Source: Amphiscolops sp. MND2022 (lineage: Eukaryota). From it: 64,000 bases of DNA. The number at the start of each line of letters is the position of its first letter. Positions within the stretch are counted from its first letter, which is position 1. The position numbers and the translations under genes were made by a program. Below are positions 1 to 11,000 of this stretch, piece after piece. The notes beneath the pieces are model-generated. The model was given only the letters and a program-made list of their open reading frames with translations. It had not been told where the DNA came from and did no database searches. The stretch covers positions 47,494,001-47,558,000 of the forward strand of contig OZ076409.1 in the NCBI GenBank assembly GCA_964187785.1, given 5' to 3'.

Positions 1-753
1 ACGTGCTCACCATTACACTACAGCTTCGATATTTGAGCAATCCGTCTAGACTTATCAACCAAATTTGTGGTTGCTATAGCTCCAAGACGTAAAGAATCGG
101 AGTCTGAAGCAAGCTGCTAATCATCAAGTTTCAGGCCTAGGTACTTGCAGAGAACAACTTTCAGCCACAGAGACGACCCGTATTTGCTTCGATGAGCGTT
201 GAAAACGTTCGAACGTTTGTCATCCATTCTAGGAAGTAAAGCTTAGGGTGTTTCGACGTAGATAGGTTGCTCCAATATTTTCTGGTTTTGATCGAGAAGA
301 TTTTTCTGTTCATTTTTAAACCGCTTCTGTGAACGAAACATCTCCACAGTACTGCTGAGTATTCAAAATTTTGTCAAAGTTCACGTTACAAACTTTGGAA
401 AGCCTGTCGCGTACGATTTTGTTCTTTTCCAAGAGAGCTGGATGACTAAAACATCTGATTCTCAAGGAGTACAATATCTTAGGCAGACTGAAACATTCGA
501 CTAGAGTTATGGCTTTTCGTCAGGTTTTTTTTCGATACACACCTGAAGTGACCAAAATAGTTTCACCAAAAATTCCATGAATAATAAAAGAAGGCCCCCA
601 ATTGTACCTGTTGGCCCAGTGAACTGAACTAAAAAGGTTTTTCCATTTTTCCGCGTAATATACAATACCGGTGGAGATTAAAGGGTCCCCCTTCCAATTT
701 TTTTTGTCATCGTGAGACTTTCAAAACATGTTTCCTCACCGAAGTGTCCTCCC

Positions 754-2665
754 GTCGACTGTCCACCATCCCAAACGCGGTCCACCATTGATAGACTACA
801 TATGCAAATTGCGACAGAAAGCTACTTCAAGCTTTTTCATAAAAAAACGTTCCAGGTTTCTGGAGAAGGAACTTAATGATGGTGATACGTCGAAGCTGAA
901 ATTCGCGGCTATTGAAACCCTCCTTGGATCTAAAAAGAAGCAAACCCTACCTTCGGTCTTTCCTCGTGTGAAATTAGCAAACAAATTTAATGATTTTTTC
1001 TTATCTAAATTTCAGAATATTCTTGAAAACATTCCGCCAGTTTTAATAAACAAGAAAATCTTGGCCTCTGGAGATTTTCCGGAAACTTCGAAAACGTTGA
1101 TAACTTATATGTAGTGCTTGTTAGCAATCAAGTGTCGTCGAAATCTCAACCTAGTCAAAATGTGCCTTCCAGAATTCTGAAGAAGTTGTCATTTTTCTAT
1201 AACCAGATGTCTGAGATTATCAATGAGTCTTTCCTTAATGCCGTCGTCCCCACTGCCTTCAAACATGGGATAGTTTTACCACTTTTTAAAAGTGGTGACA
1301 TCGAAGAAATATCAAACTGCAGACCAATCACGAGTTTGCGTTTCGCTTCCAAAGTTATTGAAAAGGTCGTTGCTCTGCAACTCAAAGGCTTTTTGGATAA
1401 ACTTGCAGTATTTGACGTGCATCAATCTGCGTGTAGAAAGTATCATTCAACAAAGACAGCGCTATTAGGCCTAACTTCAACTCTCTTATGGGGCCTAAAC
1501 AACAAGAGTTTATTTCTGGTGATATCCTTAGATCTATCAGCAGCGTTCGACACCGTGGATCATGAGATACTTCCGTCGAATTTATTTCAAATTGGGATTA
1601 TTGGTCAGGCGCATTCCTTGATAAAGTCCTACCTGAATGGTCGAACACAATGTGTCCTCATTGATGGAAGCTACTCTGAGGATAAATCTATTGAAACACG
1701 TGTTCCTCAAGGATCGATCCTAGAGCCAGTGCTCTTCATTTTATACTTACTCCCCTTGAGGTCTCTACTTAATGAACTTGTTGCTAGTTATCATATCTAT
1801 GCCGATGACATAACGATTTACTTGGAATTTGACCTGGAGACAACCTTTGCCAATTTCCGGAAAAATAAAAAGATAATTGCCAGTGTTTTGAGTCTATTAG
1901 ACGCCTTCAAATAAAAAGTAAACAGTTCAAAAACTCAATGTATGTTCGTTACGAATCAAAGAACTCGTCTTTCCGAAACAATCACAATCGATGGGATCAG
2001 AACTGAGATCAAAGATAGTGTCAATGTTTTGGGAGTTACTTTGGATAACAATTTAGAATTTTCTTCTTTCATCAACAGCACCTGTGCGAAGTCCTACTAT
2101 CACCTCAGAAAGATAGCATCAATTCGAAATATTTGTCATTCGAATCGAATTACGAAAGTGAGAATCAGTAACTTTGTGCGATCGAATGATTCCATCTCAC
2201 AAGTTATTGATTCTCACTTTCGTAATCAGTAGACTTGATTATTGTAACTCACTGTTATATGGTGCTCCGGACGGCATGATCAAAAAATTGCAAAAAGTTC
2301 AGAATAGAGCTGCATTTATTGAATGAACTTCTTTGGCTTCCTGTTGAAAAAAGAATTAAGTATAAAATCTTATGCTTCGTATACCGTCTTTATAATAACT
2401 TGCCTGTGCCTATTCATATGTCGGTACCGTTTTTGTCGGTACGATCTGAGAAATTCGAGAAAACCAAAATGGACTGTCAGAAATACCATCAATACCTATG
2501 GAAAACGATGCTTCTGAGTATCAGGTGCTGAATTATGGAACTCACTACCATGCGACCTTATATTGAGCCTTTCATATGACACTTTCCAAGCACGGTTGAA
2601 GACATACCTAATCTGAACGCTTTGAGTGTTGAAAAAGCGTCATTTACAACTTCAACTAACTTCAA
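754..2665 (+). mobile_element. 5'-truncated, inactivated L2/CR1-group non-LTR retrotransposon (RT and C-terminal ORF2 remnant)
   Basis: RT motifs CRPITSL, DLSAAFDTVDH, VPQGSILEPVLF, YADD (ORF 1114-1914); L2-type C-terminus LWLPVEKRIKYKIL, YGKRCF, LWNSLP, RLKTYL broken by stops and frameshifts; 3' stem-loop ACGCTTT...AAAGCGT (2617-2640) followed by a short (AACTTCAACT)-type tail; candidate TSD CTCCC at 749-753 and 2666-2670. Confidence 0.9.
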
Positions 2666-2684
2666 CTCCCTTCATTGTTTAAAT

Positions 2685-3436
2685 GGCTTGCGGCAATAAA
2701 ATCCAATTTTGACTCGTCGAATGAATAATGTAGATGAATAACGTCGAATGAATAGCGTAGAATTTAGTCGAACAGATTTGAGTCGAATTCTTGTCGAATT
2801 TGGTCGAATCAAAATCTTAGGTTCAAAAAATATTTTAGATACTTTTCCTCATCTAATATGGGGTCATATACTGTGTATGCACGCTCCCTCACCGTCGTAG
2901 GGTGGCTCTAAATAGGTCGAAAGGACAGAGGTCGAACTTTTGCTCGAATTGCAGGGATCGAATGGAATGTGGTCGAATTTTATCGTATTTGATGTATGGC
3001 TCGGTCGCTTCGCTCCCTTCGCCAAGTAGCAACATTGAGGCATGGCCATATGGCACCTCGCTCCGCTTCGCTTTGCATTCAGGGCACTGGGGGTATGTGA
3101 ACATATCTGACTACGTTATAAAAGTTTCGATCCGAGTTGTTTCGGTCTCATTCAAAAGTGTGGTATGTCGACCTGAGGACTAACTCTGATTTTTGATCCC
3201 GTTCCTTCGACCTACTTCCGCCCACCCACCGTCGTAAAGACCAGCTCCCACTACGATCGTTCCGCGATCTCCGTTCCCGCTAGGTCTTTGCTCCTGCTCG
3301 ACCTCGCATTGTTTGATCATTTTACATTTGCAATGACATCGACGCAATTGCTTGACAAGTCCGTCGACGATGGTACTTCGACGCTAGTTATACGGTTCAA
3401 ATTCGACTTTAGTCGTTCGACTTTATTGCTGGACAC
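2685..3436. mobile_element. Mutator-like non-autonomous element B (contains nested MITE C1)
   Basis: Flanked by the direct repeat TGTTTAAAT (2676-2684, 3437-3445); imperfect TIRs (..GCAATAAAAT.. / ..ACTTTATTGC..); subterminal GTCGAA/TTCGAC repeats in inverted orientation at the two ends. Confidence 0.6.
2900..3227. mobile_element. Mutator-like MITE family C, copy 1
   Basis: TIRs GGGTGGCTCTAAATAGGTCGAAAGGA / TCCTTCGACCTACTTCCGCCCACCC; perfect 9-bp TSD ACCGTCGTA (2891-2899, 3228-3236); near-identical copy at 3915-4262. Confidence 0.88.
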
Positions 3437-3445
3437 TGTTTAAAT

Positions 3446-4356
3446 GGTAAATGGTCACTTGGCTTAATGCCATTTGGCTTAAAGTCATTTGGCTTAATAC
3501 AATTGGTCACTTGGCTTAATTTGTTTAAGCTAAGTGTCTCGGGTATTTGTCACTTGGCTTAAAGTCATTTGACTTGAAACCACTTAGTTGGAAACACGTG
3601 GCAGAGTTTGTCGAATTTATCTTTATAACGTAGTCAGCGTATTATAACATGTCATATCAAGTACCCCTCGGGTATGTCCCCATTTCCTCTAGTGCCGTGC
3701 GGCCCCTTGGGGCCGCTTATAATCCCATCTTGCTAAGCGAGGTCGAACAGGAGCAAAGACCTAGCGGGAACGAATATCGCGAAGCGATCGCAGTGGTAGC
3801 TGGTCTTTGCGACGGTGAGGGCAAGCGTGCATACACCGCATATGCCCCACATTATGATATTTCCGGGAGTTGACATATATAATTCTTGAGTTGGAATGGA
3901 GTTGGCTTAATTTTGGGTGGCTGTAAATAGGTCGAATTTTTCTGGTCGAAAGGACAGAGGTCGAACCTTTTGATCGAATTGCAGGGATCGAAAGGAATGC
4001 GATCGAATTTTATCGTATTTGTTGTATGGCTCGGTCGCTTCGCTCCCTTCGCCAAGTAGCAACATTGAGGCATGGCCATATGGCACGTCGCTCCGCTTCG
4101 CTTCGCTCCTGCATTCAGGGCACTAGGGGTATGTGAACATCTGACTACGTTATAAAAATTTCGATCTGAGTTGTTTCGATCCCATTCAAAAAATTTGGTA
4201 TGTCGACCTGAGGACTAACTCTGATTTTCGATCCCGTTCCTTCGACCTACTTCCGCCCACCCCTTAATTTTGTGGTCACTTGGCTTAAAATTTTTAAGCC
4301 AAATGACTCGACGAAAAAATTAAGCCAAATGGTATTAAGCCAAGTGACTGGTAACC
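3446..4356. mobile_element. Mutator/foldback-like non-autonomous element A (contains nested MITE C2)
   Basis: TIRs of about 37 bp, GGTAAATGGTCACTTGGCTTAATGCCATTTGGCTTAA / TTAAGCCAAATGGTATTAAGCCAAGTGACTGGTAACC; subterminal CA(C/T)TTGGCTTAA repeats; TSD GTTTAAAT (3438-3445, 4357-4364). Confidence 0.8.
3915..4262. mobile_element. Mutator-like MITE family C, copy 2
   Basis: Same TIRs as copy 1; perfect 9-bp TSD CTTAATTTT (3906-3914, 4263-4271). Confidence 0.88.
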
Positions 4357-4909
4357 GTTTAAATGGTTTGCGACGTAATGGATGAAAAATCTGCAAGCGT
4401 CCCCCTGGCGCGCCAATTCGGTCCAACTTTCGGGTTTTGTCGGGTACTGTAGAAGATAATACTTTGAGACTTTGAAATCCTTTTGCTTTTTTTGAGCCTT
4501 AGATATGGCACCGACTTGGGCCGGTCCCGTCTTGTTGAAATTAGTCTTCGACCAAGGTACTACTACTAAATAAAAAAAATTTCACCGGTCGACTGCATAG
4601 TGGCTGGTTTGAGTAGTTTGTTGGTTGTTTTTTTTTTGTTACTGGTCTACTGGTATAGTGACTGGTATGGGGTTCCCTTTTTTCGTTGCAGACCACGGGT
4701 GTGTGTCTTCTCCCCCCCAACATGATGATACACATGGCACTTGATTGATGACGAAGATCCATGATATCTGATAGAGAAAAAAAGGGAAAAAATAAAGAAA
4801 AAAGTGAAGAAAAGAAAAAAAAGGTACTACGTACCTAATGGCGTTCCACCTGGAGTAATGGCTTTTACTTACGTCATATTACTTTTTTCAGAGCTCGTTT
4901 CGAAACAAA

Positions 4910-5026
4910 ATGCCGCAAAAATCGCAAGGAAATCCCAGTGATGGGCCTCCATTTACAATTTTTATTGGAAATCTTCCAACCTATGCATTGGAATGTGATA
5001 TCGAAATGATTCTCCAAGGAATTGAG
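4910..5026 (+). CDS. EIF4H: eIF4H-like coding exon 1 (RNP2)
   Basis: ATG at 4910; PPFTIFIGNLP; donor GAG|GTACGT, phase 0. Confidence 0.85.
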
Positions 5027-8000
5027 GTACGTATATTTCGATACTCGCTGAACTTTTATGTTGTTTTGGATTATTGGTGATAACGGAGGATCGTTCATTT
5101 GAGTTACCACAATTCACAGTACTGTATCATTTTCTGATGATGACTATAGTCTCAGTATATGTTCCCCTTGGACGTCTATAGCATACACTTCGTTGGTTTG
5201 TTGATTTGTAACAGGGTTGTTAAATTTGTGTAAAAAACTTCCTCGAACTGTTATTAACTGTTAATAACAGTTATTAACTGTTGTTAACTGTTAAAAACTG
5301 AAACACTTGAAAAAATTGTAATTGCAAACAAATTAGACTAACACATGACAAAAGTAGCGTAATAGATAGCCAAAAAATTAACTGTTATTTTGTCGCAAAG
5401 CGCGAATAATAAAAGCCAGTTTTTTTACTTTGACAGGACTGAGTCTATTCCTAATTTCTGAGTGTATGAGACCCATTGTTGAAAATGCTCGTTCCATCGC
5501 AGCTGTTGAGGGCACCAGCGCAAACAATACATCCATAAGGGGCAGGATAGTGGAAGGCAACTTTCCAAGAGCAACCTGAGATTTCAAAAAAGTAGACGGG
5601 GAAACAGACTGGAGCTCATTGAATTTGGCGATTTGTTCAGTGGGATTCATCCCAATAATCTCAAATACAGCGGAATAACTGTCAGGATGGTGTTGACGAA
5701 CCCATTCCAGACCTCGGTTTTTCTCAAATTCTGTAAGATCACTGCCGAAACTTCTGGGATCGATCAAACAGACCGCAAACCATGAGTCGGGGACCGCATT
5801 GGCATATCTCTTCTCGCATTGTTCGAGCCAATCTCTTCTCTCGGCTGTACGAAATTCGTTCATAACCGTTTTCCAGCCATAAACGGCATCAGATACTAAC
5901 ACGTTGTTGCCCTGTACCTTGTCAAGTGCAGTTTTGATTGGGTTAAGGCACTGAAGCATGTCTTTACAGCTTGAATAAAAAGATGGTTCTTTTATGTTTT
6001 TTCTGATTTTCTTGGCCGAGTCGGTTTCAGCAATATCGAATAGGACCGTCCAGTTATTGATAAACCAGCCCAGAGTATCAGCCGCGCTATTCCATCGTAC
6101 GACAGTGGGGATTGGTGGTTTGTTGACATTTCTTCCATCAAGCGCAGCTTTAGCAAGGTGTACATTTCTGAAAAATTTGACAATATCCACAAGTCTTGAT
6201 AATATTTGCATGGAAGTCAGCTCTTTTCCAAGAAGATTGAAGTGGTGGGCCGCGCACCCGTAGGTCACCAGTTTTGTTCTCATGTTCTTCCTTGTCTTCT
6301 CCATATTTGCCGCGTTATCAGTTACCAGCCCCACGACCTTGACATTGAATTTTTCTTGGGCGACCTGAACCTGATTTTCAACAAAATCAATCAAGTTTTC
6401 AGCAGTGTGTGGCACGCCAGTTGTTTCTGTCGCATCAATAACAATAACATCTTTTTTGTAAACAACTGAACTAGCAAGAATTGGTGTATTATTGACGTCC
6501 GACCATGCGTCTACCGATAAAGTAACTGAATTTCCCTGAATAGTTTCTTTCATTTTTTCAGTCATGTCGTCATGGATTGATTCCAAAAGTTCTTCTGACA
6601 ATTTTTGCCTTGTTGGAGGTTTATACCCAGGCCGTAAAAGTTTAACAAAATCAGTGAAAAACGTATCCTCCACAACACGGAAGGGAATATTGTTTGCAAA
6701 AAAGAAAGTAGCAAGACTCTTGTCTATCTGTAATTGATCGTTTGGCGTTGTTCGTATCGTAAAAGTATCCATTTTCGATTGTTTTGGTTGGCTTGGTCCA
6801 GGTTGAGAAGCAGGAAGTTCAATCACGTCTTCTGGCTCACTTTCAGCGACGGTATTAGAAGGATGATCCTTCTCCAAATGCTGTTTCATTCTTGCTGCAT
6901 TGGGCACGCAGTCATGATTGCAATGTTTACAATGTGCTCTCCCGTCATTTGATTTGGTGTAATGGTTCCAAATTGGGAAAGGAGGTCGTCCGCCCGGCAT
7001 CTTATGCAAAATTGTCTGAAATTAATACGAAATTTAATTAATATTGCTCGTGAATATAAGAGGCACAATTGATGAGAATAAAATATGAATGAGTCAATAC
7101 ACTGAATGCACGAATTTGAATTCACATTGAAATTGCACATACAGCAGCGGTCGCAACTCGCGGCAATTGTAATTGAATAATTGGCATTTAAGTGGTTTAT
7201 GCCTCTGATGGCACACTCGGTAATTTGGAGTTAAAATGAGTCGATACAGCTATGAATGAGTCAATACAATTTTTTGAAATACATTATTATTTTAAAAAAG
7301 TGTTATTAACAGTGTAAAAAACTTGAATCTCGCATGTTTTTAACAGTGTTAATAACATGTTATTAACAGGTGTTATTAACAAGGTGTTATTAACATTAAC
7401 AACCCTGATTTGTAAGAAGTAATTACTCAGAAAACGGAGCTATCATATCACGGCTAGCCCAGCGAGGAGATTCAGGTTCAAATCCTTTTTGTTGTAATTT
7501 TCTGCACCGAGTTTACTTTCTTCATAATTTACTTTCTATACTATGTACCACAACATTTTTCGAATCTATTTCGGTTTCCCGGTGATCCTCGTTGAAAAAT
7601 ATTCAATCATATTCTGATTCAACTCAATTATTCCAGCACGATCGAATTCGACTGATCAAAGACAAAGAGACAGACGAATTCAAAGGTGGGTTTTTTGCCT
7701 TCTCGTCTCGGTATCATTTTGAGCGGATATACGTTTCAACTAATTTTGTTTAATATAGGTTTCGCGTATGTGGATATCTTGGACGAGGAATCCTTGGACA
7801 AAGCCCTAACGCTGAACAACGCGGTTGGTATTTTTCATGGGTATCGAAACACCTCGACTTGAACTGTTCCAAATCCGGTTTTACTTGGTGACCGTGATTT
7901 GGTTGTGAAACGTGTTTTATGATGTTGCGATCTGTTATCGCTTTTCTTTAGGCAAACTAATATCCAGCAACTTTCCGATGTTAAGTCACCTGCCTTTCAA

Positions 8001-11000
8001 TTGACCAAAATTCCATGGAATCGTTGAATTTTTGTGGTTTTCATAATGTCAGGCCCGAAAAATAGTATGGTTTTGCCAATGTGGAAAAAAAACAGAAAAT
8101 GCTATGTAGTCGCTTTTTCATTCAGCTCATTCACAAATCGTAAATATCACAAAATAGTAAAATTTTCAAGGTTTCTTATAAGATTCTGGTTTTCTATTTT
8201 TATAACAATCGAATGATGGCCTAAATTTCATTTTGAAGTGAACCTAACGACCTTTAAGCAACAAAAATGGGAGTCTATATGTACTGTATTTAGTCCTTTC
8301 TTTCTAATTTTTGAACACAAAGGCCAGCCAGGTTGATTTTCGAAATGTCTAACGGAAAACATTTGTGTATTGTCACTTTTTATCTGTATTGTCCGAAACT
8401 TTTCAATGTATCTGAGGTGATTATTCCACATAATAAAAAAGTAGTTTCGTTTCTATGTCTCAGAACTATTGAGACTACTTAGTTGCAAACAAACTTAGTT
8501 ACTAAAGTCTGCGCTATATCTAAGGCTCAGAAAGTTTTTAAAATATATCGATCATACGGCTCTTGCTCAGTAACTCGCAATATAGTTCGAATATAACGTC
8601 AAAAATTCGGATATATCGAACTTTACTTCAGACACTATTTTGTAACTTCCTAATTTGTTCTGTTTCATACCTGCCCGCAAAGAGAGGCTTCATTTTAGAA
8701 TTTATATATAGATAATAATACTCCGGTTACCAAAATTTCGGATAGTATTGAAAAAATTTATTTGTGGGTATATATTGAGAAACCCTAATTTCAAACAAAA
8801 ATGAGAATTTTGAAAGTTTCATTGTGCCGAAAAATGTTGAAGGGGAGACCCTTTGGGCTTTTTTAAACTAGTTTGTTGCAAAATATCAAAAAAAAATGAA
8901 GGGGACCTTTGGATAATTTTCGAAAAATAGTCTCACAGTAACGAAAAAATTGAAAGGAGGACCCTGCAGTCTCATCCGGGTTCGAGGATCTGGCTGAAAC
9001 AGGCATTGGAACCCGCGGCCGCTGGGTTCACCATATACCGAATAAAGTCTGTGCTAAAACGGTACATACATGGTGAGCTGTGTCGTCTGACGAAAAAAAA
9101 CTAGCCACTGTAATAGTCGGGCACTTTTCTCAATAATAGCGCCAACTAAAAACACTAGAGGAGGACCCTTACTCGAAAACCGCCTTTCCCTAACAGGAAA
9201 CATCAATAAACGGAGAAAAATTCAAGTCTCATAGTGCCAAAAAATCTACCATTGGGCTCGGAAAATGCATATTTGAAATTTCTGCGCTGTAATAATGTAA
9301 AAGCCCTAATTGTGTTTTTTTTTCTCAGACATCCAAGTCTTTAGATGGTATATTTAATTCTCGTAGCAGCGAGGCAGCGCTTTCATTGAGATGAAGCGAA
9401 CGAGTGTTGATTACTCGTACGCCAAGAGCGTCTGCATTCCAATACGAATGCGAAACGTCATATACGCTTTAGCTCGAGAAGAATCGAAGGCGTTGTGAAC
9501 TGGTACAGTGAATAATTGTGCGCTATATAATGAATTCACAGTTTATAGTTATTTCAAATGTGCTTTTAATATTGACATTGAAGTTAATGGTTTATTGTAC
9601 CTAAAACGGAAAGATTACTGTGCCTCATTTTTTAGTGGGCGCTTTTTGAAATACAAAAATTGCCCTTGTCGTACAGATTTTCGTTTTTTTGTCAGTGCTC
9701 TCACTGGATGACCCACTTTTTGTTCATCTTCAGTATTCATTGACTTGTATCTGACATGTATCTAAGACCTTCCCACATCTAGGACCACTAACTAGAAACA
9801 TCAACAAAGCTTGAAAGTAGCAAAGGCCACCCCTCTCCATTGAGATTTTTCGGCACTGGGCGATTTTTTTCGAAAAGAAAATATTTTCACCAAAGGGCCC
9901 CGTTCGGTTTTCCATTGTTGTAACTTCAGAAAAGTCATTTGACGAGCTTAAAGGGTCCCCTCTTTGAGTTTTCCTGGGAAAAATCCTAAAACTTTTCACC
10001 AAATTGGTATTTTTGGATGATTTCAGTCAGAGAAACTTTTTTTCGTTGCCTCATGGTGCGTGATTGGATTTTTTATGTCTGAATGTTCTGAGAGTTTGCT
10101 TGAAGCCACTCTGAGCATATTTGAGACTGTGCGCTTTTTGAGCCTTAAATGGGCTCTTGTTATGAAATAGAGTTGAGAGTACAAACTATCATTTCAGCTG
10201 AAATTAAAATCAGTTCTAGCTAGAATTAGATATCAATTAGACTTGTCAACATTTGCCACTGTCTCTAAGAGAAGTTTCTTGATAACGATGAAGTCCACCG
10301 AATGGTCTCAATACCATAAGCTCATGCAACTCTTGAAAACTCAGTTGAGTTGTTTTTATGAATTTAGATGTTAGACGAAAATAAAATCAGAGTCAACATT
10401 GCTGAAAACAATCGACCAAATAATTTCGGTGCTGGTGGTGGCAGAGGTAGAAGAGGCGGTTCTGCTCAAAACGGGGGTGGAAACTTTCATCAACGTGGGG
10501 GTGGTAATTTTGGCGGTGGCCGTGGAGGTGGCCGGGGAAACTTCCAAAGAGGTGCTAATTCTTCCAGAGGCAGCTATAACAACAGAGGACCTTATCATAA
10601 TTCCAATTCAAAAAATCCCCAAAATATGGACAACAGTCAGGTTTACGGTGGTGGCGGGGCCGAATACCCCAACTACAATGCTTACAATAACAGTCATCCT
10701 AACAGTAGAGGAAGTAAGTTGGTCGCTTCGTTTCTTTCAATGGGTTCTTTAGTTTTGAAATTACGCTAACGAAATACTTGATACAGATCGATTCCCACGG
10801 AACATGATGGGCTCTCGCGCCCGCATAGCAGGTCTGGTTCATCTTTTTGTTAGAATCTTTTTGGCTTATTTCTATTTCGCGTTGTGTTCTGATTTTTAAG
10901 CAACTTATACTCACAATAATTCGATTAATACAAAATTTACTTGAAAAGAATAAACATTACATTGGAAATAGACCCAGGTTTGAACTTCGAATACAGCATT

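Larger units (their letters stand above)
480..4536 (+). mobile_element. Non-autonomous Helentron-like element (HINE family 1) hosting nested insertions; 5' boundary approximate
   Basis: 3' end GAGCCTTAGATATGGCACCGACTTGGGCCGGTCCCGTCTTGTT (to 4536) matches other family-1 ends. The internal AAGGGTCCCCCTTC...GTGAGACTT module (~680-750) resumes as CCCTTCATTGTTTAAAT(GG) at 2668 and at 4357 once the nested elements are removed. The 5' end is degenerate. Confidence 0.5.

Noticed and set aside
2864..4079. Small paired ORFs beginning MAMPQCCYLAKG
   Set aside because: Chance frames within two copies of non-coding MITE family C.
5245..5300. Short spaced repeats (also 3446-3580 and 7300-7400) that superficially resemble CRISPR or iterons
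   Set aside because: They are transposon subterminal repeats with no unique spacers, in a eukaryotic context.
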